A stretch of DNA of 60,285 nucleotides, counting the filler. It is 7 parts of 7 records of this genome, joined end to end, with 100 filler letters (N's around TTAATTAATTAA, not from the genome) between each part and the next. Parts side by side here need not be neighbours in the genome. Positions count along the whole stretch, not along the records: positions 46,810 to 53,339 come from DRR723986_15940; positions 53,440 to 60,285 come from DRR723986_15942; 5 more parts are not named here. One strand, given 5' to 3'. The translations under genes were made by a program, and so were the position numbers. Below, piece by piece: positions 48,682 through 60,285 of the stretch. The notes under the pieces are model-generated. The model saw only the letters and a program-made list of their open reading frames with translations. It was not told the origin of the DNA and searched no databases. The number at the start of each line of letters is the position of its first letter. The first letter of the stretch is position 1.

Positions 48682-49482
48682 TTATCGCGTAAACCGTTCT
48701 GCTCCCCTGGTCGCGAGCCCGGAATAGAGTTCTTGCGACAACGAAAGCCCGCAACCTTCGACCATTCGGCGTGATGTTGTGTTCGTTGCCGCTACCAGTT
48801 CATAGACATGTGTCGCGGAAAGTCGTGTCAATGCTGCGTCCGCCATCAGCGCATTGACGTAAGTGCCGAGCCCTTTACCGCGATGTTCAGGTGCAACGGC
48901 AACGAGACCACCCCAGGCATACTTGTGATAGGGGCTGTGATGATTGTGCGGCAGATAGGCGTGGGCACAGGCGGCAAGGCAACCTGCGTCATCCATCAAG
49001 CCGACGGAAACAACCGCACCATGATCGCCATTCAGGAACGATCCTGAGAACGGAGCGATTCCAGCCGCTGCCATGAATTCCTGGAACGAACGCGTCAGCG
49101 GACCCTCTGCGCCGTCAAGCTCTGAAAATGCGCGAATGCCGCCTGGAAGGGCGGTTGAAAGGGTCGGCCTTGTTGCGTCGCGGATCGCATTTGTGTCGCC
49201 CACGAAGACATCCCAGGTGTCCAGCCGGTAGCCGTTTTCTGTCAGAGCGTTTTCCAGGTCGGGCTGACAGGCTTTCTCAAGCAGGCGAAATCCGAACACG
49301 CCATCTTCTGCCAGTACTTCGAAAATGGTGTCGAGCCCCAGGGCATCAGGGTCGTCCGTACCGAGCGTGCGTACATTGCAGCAGGCTCCGGGCGTCTTCA
49401 TGGTCCAGCCGTAACGTTCTTCCGCTCGCTGCTGGAGCTTGATTTGCTGTTCCGTCCCGAAGTAGCCGGCCATCGTGTTCAC
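48682..49482 (-). CDS. GNAT-family N-acetyltransferase
   Basis: VAVAPEHRGKGLG acetyl-CoA motif. Confidence 0.8.
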   Translation of the reverse strand: MNTMAGYFGTEQQIKLQQRAEERYGWTMKTPGACCNVRTLGTDDPDALGLDTIFEVLAEDGVFGFRLLEKACQPDLENALTENGYRLDTWDVFVGDTNAIRDATRPTLSTALPGGIRAFSELDGAEGPLTRSFQEFMAAAGIAPFSGSFLNGDHGAVVSVGLMDDAGCLAACAHAYLPHNHHSPYHKYAWGGLVAVAPEHRGKGLGTYVNALMADAALTRLSATHVYELVAATNTTSRRMVEGCGLSLSQELYSGLATRGAERFTR

Positions 49483-49570
49483 GCCTCCCGGTTCTCAATC
49501 TGGGAAATCAAGGCAGGCAAATACCGGTCTGTCCAGTCTGCTAATTGTTACAGGGACTTGGCGGTTGCTC

Positions 49571-50047
49571 TCAATTGCGTGCAGGGTACCCTGGAGCGCG
49601 TAATTCAAAGCCAGTCTTGGAGGTGGTGAACCCGAGGTTCTCGTAGAACCGATGAGCGTCCTTGTTGGCTGAACCCGACAGCAACATCACCTTGAAACAT
49701 CCGGCCGAAAACGCCTTGTCGGTGGCAGCACGAAGTAGTGCCTTTCCAATTCCGCTCCCCCGCCAGTCGGCATGTGTAACGACATTTTCAACAAGGGCGA
49801 ATGGTGCGCAGCCACGCGTCAGATTAGGCACGACAATCAGCATGCAGGTCGCAACCAATGTGCCTGCCAGTTCTCCGACAAGCAAATCGACACCTTGTTG
49901 CGTCAGGATCTGGTGAAAAGTTTCGAGGCGAAAATCATCATCAGCGGCAATGTCGTTGGAAATCAGTTGGGCATAGTGCGCGCAAAGTCCCTGGAAATCT
50001 TCGGACTTTGCCGAGCGGATGACGAGACTGTCTGTTGAGGCGGGCAT
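49571..50047 (-). CDS. GNAT-family N-acetyltransferase
   Basis: VENVVTHADWRGSGIG, AHRFYENLGF. Confidence 0.88.
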   Translation of the reverse strand: MPASTDSLVIRSAKSEDFQGLCAHYAQLISNDIAADDDFRLETFHQILTQQGVDLLVGELAGTLVATCMLIVVPNLTRGCAPFALVENVVTHADWRGSGIGKALLRAATDKAFSAGCFKVMLLSGSANKDAHRFYENLGFTTSKTGFELRAPGYPARN

Positions 50048-50073
50048 GAGAACCGCAGGCGTTCGGACAAATG

Positions 50074-50098
50074 AAAAGCCCGCCGGGTGGCGGGCTTC
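50074..50098 (-). terminator. Intrinsic terminator after the alpha/beta hydrolase gene
   Basis: Minus strand AAGCCCGCC-accc-GGCGGGCTTTT. Confidence 0.7.
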
Positions 50099-50107
50099 GG
50101 TGTCGTG

Positions 50108-50776
50108 TCAGTCGATGTCGACGTAATCGGATGGCGTCAGCCCAAGCCGCCCATCCACATATGTGCCGCAACGCTGCATGAGCTCGTCCATATCGTTTTC
50201 GAAGAAATGGTTGGCTCCCGGAATGGTCTCGTGATCGATCACGATGCCTTTCTGGGTTTTCAGCTTGTCGACCAGCGTCTGCACATCCTTCTGCGGAACG
50301 ACCTTGTCGTTATCACCATGAATGATCAGGCCGGAGGACGGGCAGGGGGCCAGGAAAGAGAAGTCGTGCAGGTTTGCCGGTGGTGCGACCGAGATGAAGC
50401 CTTCCACTTCAGGGCGGCGCATCAGCAACTGCATGCCGATCCAGGCACCGAACGAGAAACCGGCAATCCAGCAGGCGCGAGCGTCCGTATGAACGGTCTG
50501 CACCCAGTCGAGAGCCGCCGCTGCATCGGACAGTTCGCCCTGGCCATGGTCGAAGGAGCCTTGCGAACGGCCGACGCCGCGGAAGTTGAAACGCAGCACC
50601 GCGAATCCGCGCCGGGCGAACATGTAATACATCTGGTAGACGATCTGGTTGTTCATCGTGCCGCCGAATTGCGGATGCAGATGCAGAACCAGGGCAATGG
50701 GCGCGTTGCGTTTTCTGGCGGGATGGAACCGGCCCTCAAGCCGGCCGGCGGGACCGTTGAAGATCACCTCAGGCAT
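50108..50776 (-). CDS. Alpha/beta hydrolase (the type found divergent from alphaproteobacterial suf/isc operons)
   Basis: MPEVIFNGPAGRLEGR, GFSFG nucleophile elbow, GANHFF. Confidence 0.9.
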   Translation of the reverse strand: MPEVIFNGPAGRLEGRFHPARKRNAPIALVLHLHPQFGGTMNNQIVYQMYYMFARRGFAVLRFNFRGVGRSQGSFDHGQGELSDAAAALDWVQTVHTDARACWIAGFSFGAWIGMQLLMRRPEVEGFISVAPPANLHDFSFLAPCPSSGLIIHGDNDKVVPQKDVQTLVDKLKTQKGIVIDHETIPGANHFFENDMDELMQRCGTYVDGRLGLTPSDYVDID

Positions 50777-50898
50777 GAAACGCTATGTCCTTGTCATTTT
50801 GTCGCGCAGAAGAAGATCGCGCGGTAATTTGGGCTCACGATACGTGGTTTCCCGTAAGTCTAAACTTGACTCTTTGTCTCCGAGTTTCTAGAACCCTG

Positions 50899-50915
50899 TT
50901 TAGAATTATTCGAAA
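50899..50915. promoter_or_regulatory. Irr-type iron control element (ICE) upstream of suf genes
   Basis: TTTAGAA-tta-TTCGAAA, one mismatch from TTTAGAA-N3-TTCTAAA; TTGACT (-35-like) at 50866. Confidence 0.7.
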
Positions 50916-51076
50916 GTTCGCACCATCCCTCAACAGGCAGACGATGCTCGGTTCGACCGGTTAGGGGCAGTTATCGTCATCATGGCGGAAAAATTCAAGG
51001 TTTTTCGCACATATGACTGATAATAAAGCGAAAATTCGATTTTTTGCGAAACTCGAGTTCAAGCGTAAGAGGCGCT

Positions 51077-52246
51077 ATGCAGCAGCAGTCAGCCCCGATT
51101 TATCTGGACCACAACGCCGGCGCGCCTCTGCGCGAAACCGCGCGTGAGGTCATGATCGAGGTGCTGAATGATGCAGGCAACGCATCCTCCGTTCACGCTC
51201 ACGGCCGCAAGGCGCGTGGACGCATTGAAACTGCGCGCGAACAGGTCGCCCGTCTTTGCAACGCCAGGAACCGTGCTGTGACATTTGTGTCCGGCGGAAC
51301 GGAAGCGAACATGACGGCGCTTTCACCGGCCTGGCAGGACCAGGGAGCGCCCGTTTACCTCGACAAGTTGTTCAGGAGCGCTATCGAGCATCCTTCCGTG
51401 ATGACTGGCGGACGCTTTGCGGTTTCCGATCAGGTGGTCATACCTGTCGACAGCGATGGCCGTGTTGAGCTCGGTGCTCTCGAACTGGCTGTCAAGGACG
51501 CCGGGCCAAGCCTCATTTCCGTAATGGCTGCCAACAATGAAACCGGTGTCATCCAGCCTCTTGCCGAAATCGGTGACATTGCCGAAAGACACGGCCACTT
51601 CTTTCACGTCGACGCGGTTCAGGCTGCCGGCCGGATGCCGATCGATCTGGAAAGCTGGAAGGCAGATGTCCTGACGCTGTCTGCTCACAAGTTCGGTGGT
51701 CCGCAAGGCATCGGCGCGGTTGTGGTGCGCTCAACAGCCCGGGTACCTGCGCCTTTGATGGTTGGTGGTGGACAGGAAAACTGGCGCCGTGGCGGCACGG
51801 AGAATGTTTCGGCAATCGCCGGCTTCGGCATTGCCAGCAAGGCCGCTCTTGAAGAATCCGCCGATACGCGCCATCTGAGCGATATGAAGGCGAAGCTCGA
51901 AGCCGGGCTGTGCGCGATTTGTCCTTCGACAGTTATTTTTGGCGACAACGCTGAAAGACTGTCCAACACCTGTTGCTTTGCCGTTCCGGGCATTCCGGCA
52001 GAAACCGCGCTGATCGCCTTCGATCTCGACCATATCTCGGTTTCATCCGGTTCAGCCTGTTCTTCCGGCAAGGTGTCCGTGTCTCATGTGCTGACAGCCA
52101 TGGGCGTTCCGGAAGATCTTGCCCGCTGCGCCTTGCGTATCAGCATGGGGTGGAATACCAGCGGCACCGATATCGACAGGTTCCTTGAGCTGTGGCCGAA
52201 AATCGTCGGCAGGCTCAATCCGCAAGCACGTCATCAGGCGGCTTGA
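51077..52246 (+). CDS. Cysteine desulfurase (NifS/IscS type)
   Basis: IYLDHNA, NNETG, HVDAVQ, SAHKFGGP, SSGSACSS. Confidence 0.92.
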   Translation: MQQQSAPIYLDHNAGAPLRETAREVMIEVLNDAGNASSVHAHGRKARGRIETAREQVARLCNARNRAVTFVSGGTEANMTALSPAWQDQGAPVYLDKLFRSAIEHPSVMTGGRFAVSDQVVIPVDSDGRVELGALELAVKDAGPSLISVMAANNETGVIQPLAEIGDIAERHGHFFHVDAVQAAGRMPIDLESWKADVLTLSAHKFGGPQGIGAVVVRSTARVPAPLMVGGGQENWRRGGTENVSAIAGFGIASKAALEESADTRHLSDMKAKLEAGLCAICPSTVIFGDNAERLSNTCCFAVPGIPAETALIAFDLDHISVSSGSACSSGKVSVSHVLTAMGVPEDLARCALRISMGWNTSGTDIDRFLELWPKIVGRLNPQARHQAA

Positions 52247-52349
52247 CGACAAGATTTAGGCAGCTTCGCTGCCAGACATGGCGCAGGTGACAAGGTCCCT
52301 GCAGGAAATAACAAAAGCAGGCACGAGGCCTGTTGAATGGAGGCAAGAC

Positions 52350-53339
52350 ATGCCAGCTGTACAGGAAACCATCGATACGGTGAAAGCCATCGATGTCGAC
52401 CAGTATAAATACGGCTTTGTGACCGATATCGAGTCGGAAAAAGGCGCCAAAGGCCTGTCCGAGGAAACCGTTCGCTTTCTGTCGGCTAAAAAGAACGAGC
52501 CGGAGTGGATGACCGAATGGCGCCTTGATGCGCTCCGCCGCTTTCAGCAGATGGAAGAGCCGACTTGGGCGCGCGTTTCCTACCCGAAGATCGATCTCGA
52601 CGACCTCTATTACTGGGCGTCTCCGAAATCCGTCGAAGGCCCGAAAAGCCTGGACGAAGTCGATCCGGAACTGCTGGCGACCTACGAAAAGCTCGGTATT
52701 CCGCTGCGCGAGCAGGAAATCCTGGCCGGTGTCGAGCCGAAGAACCGGGTTGCGGTCGACGCTGTGTTCGATTCCGTTTCCGTCGTGACCACGTTCAAGG
52801 AAGAGCTGAAGAAAGCCGGCGTCATCTTCTGCTCCATTTCTGAAGCACTGCGCGAATACCCGGATCTGGTGAAGAAGTATCTTGGCTCCGTCGTTCCGGT
52901 GACCGACAACTACTACGCGACGCTGAACTCGGCTGTCTTTTCGGATGGATCCTTTGTCTATGTGCCTGAAGGCGTTCGCTGCCCAATGGAACTGTCGACC
53001 TATTTCCGTATCAACGAACAGAACACCGGTCAGTTCGAGCGCACGCTGATCATTGCCGAGAAGGGCGCTTACGTGTCCTACCTGGAAGGCTGTACGGCAC
53101 CTCAGCGTGACGAGAACCAGCTTCATGCCGCTGTCGTTGAACTGGTGGCCCTGGATGATGCGGAGATCAAATACTCCACCGTTCAGAACTGGTTCCCGGG
53201 CGATAAGGACGGCAAGGGTGGCATCTATAATTTCGTCACGAAGCGTGGCGACTGCCGCGGCAAGAATTCCAAGATCTCCTGGACTCAGGTCGAGACCGGA
53301 TCAGCGATTACCTGGAAATACCCGTCCTGCATCCTGCGC
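52350..53339 (+). CDS. sufB: Fe-S cluster assembly protein SufB (3'-truncated)
   Basis: [40 protein letters not shown]. Confidence 0.96.
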
Positions 53340-53439
53340 NNNNNNNNNNNNNNNNNNNNNNNNNNNNNNNNNNNNNNNNNNNNTTAATTAATTAANNNNN
53401 NNNNNNNNNNNNNNNNNNNNNNNNNNNNNNNNNNNNNNN
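53340..53439. other. Artificial contig spacer
   Basis: N-run with TTAATTAATTAA. Confidence 0.99.
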
Positions 53440-53474
53440 CAGGCCGGTATTCTAACCAACTGAACTACCACTCC
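53440..53474 (-). tRNA. tRNA-Asp 5' half (truncated)
   Basis: Minus strand GGAGTGGTAGTTCAGTTGGTTAGAATACCGGCCTG, cut at the anticodon. Confidence 0.8.
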
Positions 53475-53499
53475 AGAGTTGGTTGCTGTTTCGCATTGT

Positions 53500-53575
53500 T
53501 GGTGGGTGCTGAGAGGCTCGAACTCCCGACCTAAGCCTTGTAAGGGCTCCGCTCTACCAACTGAGCTAAGCACCC
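53500..53575 (-). tRNA. tRNA-Val(TAC)
   Basis: 76-nt cloverleaf GGGTGCTTAGCTCAG...CT-TAC-AA...GTTCGAG...ACCA. Confidence 0.95.
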
Positions 53576-53682
53576 GACGCTCACTGTTTTACTAGTGTTT
53601 GTCTTGCTGCGAATCAGCCAAGACCGCAATTATATACAAATTAACTCGGCCTGCAATACCTTTTGTCAAAAAAAATTTAAAT

Positions 53683-53955
53683 TTAATTTACTGCGTCTTT
53701 CAGGGCTTTGCCAGGACGGAACTTGGGCACCTTGGCTGCCTTGATTTTGATTGTTGCGCCAGTGCGTGGGTTACGGCCGCTGCGTGCAGCACGCTTGCCA
53801 ACAGCAAAGGTTCCAAAACCAACCAAAGTTACTGAACCACCTTTTTTCAAGGTAGTTTTGACAGCAGCAATCATTGCATCCAGTGCACGACCAGCGGCCG
53901 CTTTGGAGATTTCTGCTGACTCAGCAATTTGATCGATCAGTTCGGTTTTATTCAT
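53683..53955 (-). CDS. hupB: DNA-binding protein HU
   Basis: MNKTELID...GFGTF...GRNPRTG; follows lon. Confidence 0.93.
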   Translation of the reverse strand: MNKTELIDQIAESAEISKAAAGRALDAMIAAVKTTLKKGGSVTLVGFGTFAVGKRAARSGRNPRTGATIKIKAAKVPKFRPGKALKDAVN

Positions 53956-54115
53956 GTAAAAAGCCCCCTCATGGTGACAAATAAAAAGTGCCCAAAAACA
54001 GGCACCACGTTGCTTCCAGTTCTTAATTTAGACATGGCTGAAACCTAGCTGTCAACACATTTTGCGGGCGGATAACCCTTATTTTTAAGGCCTGGTGCGG
54101 GTTTCCGCGATGCAC

Positions 54116-54149
54116 AAAAAAAAACCTCCGCATTTTCGTGCGGAGGCTG
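54116..54149 (-). terminator. Intrinsic terminator after lon
   Basis: Minus strand CCTCCGCA-N6-TGCGGAGG followed by a T-tract. Confidence 0.8.
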
Positions 54150-54169
54150 ATTTAAAATAACGATTGATA

Positions 54170-56578
54170 TCAGTGCTTTACACTGGGGTTTGCACTTGCC
54201 TCGTCAGCTTTACCTGCGATCACCTCGGCTGGCTCTGAGACTGGCTCTGGAAGCGATTCCAAAGCATGTTGCAACACTTGATCAATCCATTTCACCGGAA
54301 TAATCTCCAGACTGTTCTTCACATTGGCTGGAATTTCCGCCAAATCCTTCACGTTTTCTTCGGGAATCAGCACTGTTTTAATTCCTCCGCGATGCGCGGC
54401 CAGCAGCTTTTCCTTCAAGCCACCGATACCCAACACTTCACCACGAAGAGTAATTTCACCAGTCATTGCAACGTCAGAACGCACCGGCATATTCGTCAAA
54501 GTCGACACCAATGCAGTAGTCATCGCAATACCAGCTGAGGGCCCATCTTTCGGTGTGGCACCTTCGGGAACGTGCACGTGAATGTCACGTTTCTCAAACG
54601 CATCGTTGTGAATTCCCAATCGATTTGCGCGTGCCCGTACCACCGATCGGGCAGCCTCTACCGATTCTTTCATCACATCACCGAGAGAACCTGTGCGAAT
54701 GACATTGCCCTTGCCTGGCATGGACACAGTTTCGATGGTCAACAATTCACCACCCACTTCTGTCCAGGCCAAACCGGTGACTTGACCGACCTGGTTTTCT
54801 TTCTCAGCCATGCCGAAATTGAACCGACGAACGCCCAAAAACTTATCGAGGTTCTTGGGTGTAACCTGCACTTTCTTTTCGTTTTTGCCCAACACCATTT
54901 GACGCACAACCTTGCGGCAAATCTTGGACATTTCACGCTCGAGTCCGCGCACACCAGCCTCACGAGTGTAATAGCGAATCACATCGCGAATGGCTGCTTC
55001 GGAGACGCTCAACTCTTCGTCTTTCACGCCGTTGTTTTTCAACTGTTTGGGCAGCAAATACTTTTGAGTGATATTCACCTTCTCGTCTTCGGTGTATCCG
55101 CTCAGGCGAATCACTTCCATCCGGTCAAGCAGCGCATGAGGAATGTTCAAGGAGTTCGCAGTGGCGACAAACATCACATCGCTCAAGTCGTATTCCACTT
55201 CCACGTAATGATCTACAAAGGTGCTGTTCTGCTCAGGATCCAGTACTTCCAACAAGGCCGATGCAGGATCACCACGGAAGTCCTGTCCCATCTTGTCGAT
55301 CTCATCCAGCAAAAACAGCGGATTGCGAACACCTACTTTCGTAATGCTGTTCAGTACCTTGCCCGGCATAGACCCGATGTAGGTTTTGCGGTGACCACGA
55401 ATTTCAGCTTCATCTCGCACACCACCCAAAGCCATGCGTACAAATTTGCGGTTCGTTGCCTTGGCCACTGATTGTCCAAGCGAGGTTTTACCAACACCGG
55501 GGGGGCCTACCAGACAAAGAATAGGTGCCTTCAGTTTGTCAACACGCTGCTGAACCGCGAGGTATTCCACAATGCGCTCTTTCACTTTTTCCAAACCATA
55601 ATGATCCTCGTCCAATACCTTCTCGGCATTGGCCAAATCATTGTTGATTTTGGTTTTTTTCTTCCAGGGCAAACCGACCAGAACGTCAATGTAATTGCGA
55701 ATCACGGTGGCTTCAGCAGACATGGGTGACATCAGCTTGAGCTTCTTCAATTCCGCTTCAGCTTTTTTAAGGGCTTCTTTGGGCATGCGCGCAGCCTTGA
55801 TTCGCTTTTCAAGCTCCTCCATGTCGGCGCCGTCTTCGCCCTCACCCAACTCTTTCTGAATGGCCTTAACCTGCTCGTTCAGGTAGTACTCGCGCTGGCT
55901 CTTCTCCATTTGGCGCTTTACACGACCACGGATGCGCTTTTCCACCTGAAGAATATCGATCTCGGTTTCCAGTTGGGACAACAACGCTTCCAGGCGCTGA
56001 GCAATGCTGAAGGTTTCCAAAATCGATTGCTTTTGTTCCAGCTTCAACGGCAAGTGACTGACGATCGTATCCGCAAGGCGGCCGATGTCTTCAATGCTGG
56101 CCAATGAGGTCAGAATTTCCGGAGGAATCTTCTTGTTTAATTTCACGTAAGAATCAAACTGAGCCATCACTGCACGCTTCATGGCCTCAGTTTCCGGGCT
56201 CTGTGAAGGATCAGGCAGCAAAGGCATGGCTGTAGCGGCGAAGTGCGTTCCTTCGTCCGTCACTTTGGTCAGGCGCGCACGCTGCACGCCCTCAACCAAC
56301 ACCTTCACGGTGCCGTCAGGCAACTTCAGCATCTGAAGCACATTGGCCACACAGCCGATGTTGTAAATGTCTTTGTCGCTGGGTTCATCCTTGGTGGCTG
56401 ATTTTTGCGCCACCAGAAGAATACTTTTGCCTGTTTCCATCGCAATTTCCAGCGCTTTGATGGATTTTGGACGTCCCACAAAAAGAGGAATTACCATGTG
56501 CGGGAACACCACTACATCTCGCAATGGGAGCAATGACAATTCGATGGGTTGTTCCGGAAGCACGTTAGTTGCTGACAT
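54170..56578 (-). CDS. lon: ATP-dependent protease La
   Basis: LPLRDVVVFP, GPPGVGKT, PKDGPSAG, GGLKEK. Confidence 0.98.
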   Translation of the reverse strand: MSATNVLPEQPIELSLLPLRDVVVFPHMVIPLFVGRPKSIKALEIAMETGKSILLVAQKSATKDEPSDKDIYNIGCVANVLQMLKLPDGTVKVLVEGVQRARLTKVTDEGTHFAATAMPLLPDPSQSPETEAMKRAVMAQFDSYVKLNKKIPPEILTSLASIEDIGRLADTIVSHLPLKLEQKQSILETFSIAQRLEALLSQLETEIDILQVEKRIRGRVKRQMEKSQREYYLNEQVKAIQKELGEGEDGADMEELEKRIKAARMPKEALKKAEAELKKLKLMSPMSAEATVIRNYIDVLVGLPWKKKTKINNDLANAEKVLDEDHYGLEKVKERIVEYLAVQQRVDKLKAPILCLVGPPGVGKTSLGQSVAKATNRKFVRMALGGVRDEAEIRGHRKTYIGSMPGKVLNSITKVGVRNPLFLLDEIDKMGQDFRGDPASALLEVLDPEQNSTFVDHYVEVEYDLSDVMFVATANSLNIPHALLDRMEVIRLSGYTEDEKVNITQKYLLPKQLKNNGVKDEELSVSEAAIRDVIRYYTREAGVRGLEREMSKICRKVVRQMVLGKNEKKVQVTPKNLDKFLGVRRFNFGMAEKENQVGQVTGLAWTEVGGELLTIETVSMPGKGNVIRTGSLGDVMKESVEAARSVVRARANRLGIHNDAFEKRDIHVHVPEGATPKDGPSAGIAMTTALVSTLTNMPVRSDVAMTGEITLRGEVLGIGGLKEKLLAAHRGGIKTVLIPEENVKDLAEIPANVKNSLEIIPVKWIDQVLQHALESLPEPVSEPAEVIAGKADEASANPSVKH

Positions 56579-56672
56579 ATGAATCACCTATTAAATGCAT
56601 AACCCTACAGTGGGGTTAAAACGCGCTTATTCAAGCTTTATTTCACGACAAATAAACAATACCACTGAAAAG

Positions 56673-56703
56673 AAAAAGCCCAACCGTGGAGTTGGGCTTT
56701 TTT
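56673..56703 (-). terminator. Bidirectional-looking terminator after clpX
   Basis: AAAAGCCCAAC-cgtgga-GTTGGGCTTTTTT. Confidence 0.8.
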
Positions 56704-56740
56704 AATCATTTTGCAATCTGTTTTGATGTTGCTTTTGGCA

Positions 56741-58012
<1,272 letters not shown>

Positions 58013-58076
58013 CTTTTATCCTCTGGAAAGCCCCCGCAGGGGCAATCAAGAAATCCAGGTTTTAATGTTACTGCAG

Positions 58077-58745
58077 TTACTTCTTGTCGGCCGGTGGCAC
58101 ACGGTGCTTCAGCACGTCGTCAATCAAGCCGTACTCTTTGGCAGAGTCTGCACCCATAAAGTTATCACGATCTGTGTCGCGCGCAATCTCTTCGATGGTC
58201 TTACCTGTGTTCTCAGCCAGTATTCCATTCAATTTTTCGCGCAAATACAAGATTTCCTTGGCATGAATTTCAATGTCGGATGCCTGACCCTGCACGCCAC
58301 CCAGAGGCTGGTGAATCATGATTCGGCTGTTGGGCAGGGAAAAACGCTTGCCCTTGGTGCCCGAAGACAACAAGAACGCGCCCATGCTGGCCGCCAGGCC
58401 TGTACAAAGAGTTGAAACATCGGGTTTGATGAACTGCATGGTGTCGTAAATGGCCATGCCCGCTGACACAGAACCACCCGGGCTGTTGATATACAGCGCA
58501 ATGTCTTTGTCGGGGTTTTCGCTTTCGAGGAACAACATTTGCGCCACGATGACGTTGGCCATTTGGTCGTTGATCGGCCCCACCAGGAAAATAACGCGCT
58601 CTTTAAGCAAGCGCGAATAAATGTCATAGGCCCGCTCGCCCCGACCACTTTGCTCAATCACCATGGGCACGTACATATTGCCCTGGGTTTCAAGCGCACC
58701 AGAATTGTTCATGTTGTTAGTCATAGAGCGAGGGTTCCACATCAT
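58077..58745 (-). CDS. clpP: Clp protease proteolytic subunit ClpP
   Basis: [27 protein letters not shown]; exact start uncertain. Confidence 0.97.
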   Translation of the reverse strand: MMWNPRSMTNNMNNSGALETQGNMYVPMVIEQSGRGERAYDIYSRLLKERVIFLVGPINDQMANVIVAQMLFLESENPDKDIALYINSPGGSVSAGMAIYDTMQFIKPDVSTLCTGLAASMGAFLLSSGTKGKRFSLPNSRIMIHQPLGGVQGQASDIEIHAKEILYLREKLNGILAENTGKTIEEIARDTDRDNFMGADSAKEYGLIDDVLKHRVPPADKK

Positions 58746-60050
58746 TTATTTATTTCCCATCAGTTCGTCAAAGGACAATTTCTTTTCAACCACTTTGGAT
58801 TTGCTCAAAGCGAATTCAACCACATTGTCTTCCAGAATAACCGCTTCCACATCCGCCAAACGGGCGCGATCCTGGAAATACCACTGCATCACTTCCGCAG
58901 GGTTCTCGTAGCTTTGTGCCTGCTCTTCGATGAAGGCACGCACCTGCTCGGGTTTGGCTTGCAAGCTGTTTTCTTTTACCAAGTCTGACACGATCAGGCC
59001 CAAGCGAACACGGCGCTCGGCTTGTGCAGCAAAAATGTCTTCGGGCAGCTGAATTTCTTCCACGTTTTGCATGCCACGGGCCTTCAGGTCCTGGCGTGCA
59101 CGGGAGGCCAATTCGGTGGTTTCAGATTGAATAAGGGCTTTGGGCACATCGAATTCAGTCACTTTCAACAGTGCATTCATGACTGCTTCTTTGGTTTGCG
59201 CCTTGGTGCGGTTGCTGACTTCGCGGCTCAAGTTCACGCGCACGTCTTCACGCAGCTTTTCCAGGGAACCGTCAGCGATGCCCATGGCCTTGGCGAACTC
59301 TTCGTTCAGTTCAGGCAACTGGGGGCCTTCCACTTTCTTGATTGTGATTGTGAACTGGGCAGTTTTACCTGCAACGTCCTTGCCGTGGTAATCGGCCGGG
59401 AAAGCCAGGTCGAACGTTTTCTCTTCGCCTTTTTTCAAGCCTTTTGCCGCAGCTTCAAATTCAGGCAGCATTTGACCCTTGCCGATTACAAACGAGAAGT
59501 CTTCGGCTGTGCCGCCGTCGAAGGCGACATCGTCAATTTTACCGACGAAATCCAGAGTTACCTTGTCTTCTTCAGCGGAGCCACGGTCTACTTCAGCAAA
59601 ACTGGCGCGCTGCTTGCGCAGAATTTCAATGGTTTTGTCCACTTCAGAGTCGGACACTTCAACCACTGTTTTCTCGATTTCCAATGTAGCGAAGTCACCA
59701 AACTTCACTTCGGGGAACACTTCAAAAATGGCGTTGAACTCAAAAGCGTCGTCAGCGGCGTCCTTGGCGGCTTCGATGCGGGGCTGACCAGCCACACGCA
59801 GATCCTGCTTTTGAACTTCTTCGCTGAAAGTACGACCGATTTCATCGTTCAACACTTCAGAATGCACTTGGGGACCATAGTTTTGTACCACCATTTTCAT
59901 GGGCACTTTACCTGGGCGGAAACCGGGCATGCGAGCTGTACGAGCAACCTTTTTCAGGCGCTTTTCAACTTCAGCATTGATTTTTTCAACCGACAGCTTC
60001 AAGGAAATGGTTTTCTCGAGTGAGCTGGCAGTGGTGGTTGTTTCAGTCAT
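58746..60050 (-). CDS. tig: Trigger factor
   Basis: PGFRPGKVP signature; FKBP domain (FPADYHGKDVAGK). Confidence 0.97.
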   Translation of the reverse strand: MTETTTTASSLEKTISLKLSVEKINAEVEKRLKKVARTARMPGFRPGKVPMKMVVQNYGPQVHSEVLNDEIGRTFSEEVQKQDLRVAGQPRIEAAKDAADDAFEFNAIFEVFPEVKFGDFATLEIEKTVVEVSDSEVDKTIEILRKQRASFAEVDRGSAEEDKVTLDFVGKIDDVAFDGGTAEDFSFVIGKGQMLPEFEAAAKGLKKGEEKTFDLAFPADYHGKDVAGKTAQFTITIKKVEGPQLPELNEEFAKAMGIADGSLEKLREDVRVNLSREVSNRTKAQTKEAVMNALLKVTEFDVPKALIQSETTELASRARQDLKARGMQNVEEIQLPEDIFAAQAERRVRLGLIVSDLVKENSLQAKPEQVRAFIEEQAQSYENPAEVMQWYFQDRARLADVEAVILEDNVVEFALSKSKVVEKKLSFDELMGNK

Positions 60051-60216
60051 TTGGAACTCTTGAACTAGTTGCCTTGGCAAGGTTGGCCAAGGGGGTGGTT
60101 AATGGGCGTAAAGGCTCTACAATTGCCGATATCTTACACAAGTATGAAGCTGCTTTGGCGGGGGCTTGGTAAAACTGGACCGCCCCAGAAGCGATATCAC
60201 CGGGGCACAAGAGGGG

Positions 60217-60285
60217 TGGTGCGGATGAAAGGACTCGAACCTTCACGTATTGCTACGCCAGAACCTAAATCTGGTGCGTCTACCA
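60217..60285 (-). tRNA. tRNA-Leu(TAG), 5'-truncated
   Basis: Minus strand ...TGGTAGACGCACCAGA-TT-TAG-GT-TCTGG, long variable arm, GTTCGAG...ACCA. Confidence 0.92.

Noticed and set aside
48682..50047. GNAT pair as a toxin-antitoxin or resistance module
   Set aside because: No antitoxin-like small gene or mobile context; they look like ordinary acetyltransferases.

Overview
This window is not one locus. It is seven unrelated contigs joined by artificial 100-nt spacers (N-run + TTAATTAATTAA + N-run), so gene neighbourhoods must not be read across the joins. (1) 1-5131: GC-rich Rhodobacteraceae-like soxCDEF sulfur-oxidation genes, plus dsbB and a partial yqaA. (2) 5232-15698: Bacteroidota/FCB-like DNA with three T9SS-sorted proteins, two of them tandem His-rich M4/M36-like metalloproteases, and clusters of REP-like palindromes. 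(3) 15799-27925: probably the same organism, because it shares a dispersed repeat with contig 2. It carries a GDSL hydrolase, an MFS transporter and a nine-gene ulosonic-acid (NeuB-type) cluster with a split transketolase, a class III aminotransferase, an SDR, a candidate transferase and a membrane desaturase/hydroxylase. (4) 28026-35704: AT-rich Flavobacteriales-like DNA (CotH-like protein, metallophosphoesterase, MFS, OmpA, hemE, ung, rpsT, partial tRNA). (5) 35805-46709: Marinobacter-like DNA (phaC, phasin, TraR/DksA, DASS transporter, a Fil/Fap-like C39 peptidase and outer-membrane module, a deacetylase, a J-domain protein). (6) 46810-53339: Rhizobiales/Roseibium-like DNA (valS, GNATs, suf genes with an Irr-type box). 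(7) 53440-60285: betaproteobacterial tig-clpP-clpX-lon-hupB with tRNAs. Taxonomic labels are inferences from composition and protein style. The best novelty candidates are the ulosonic-acid cluster with its unassigned transferase, the Fil/Fap-like module with no adjacent pilin, and the non-coding palindromic repeat family. I found no CRISPR array or intact transposase.
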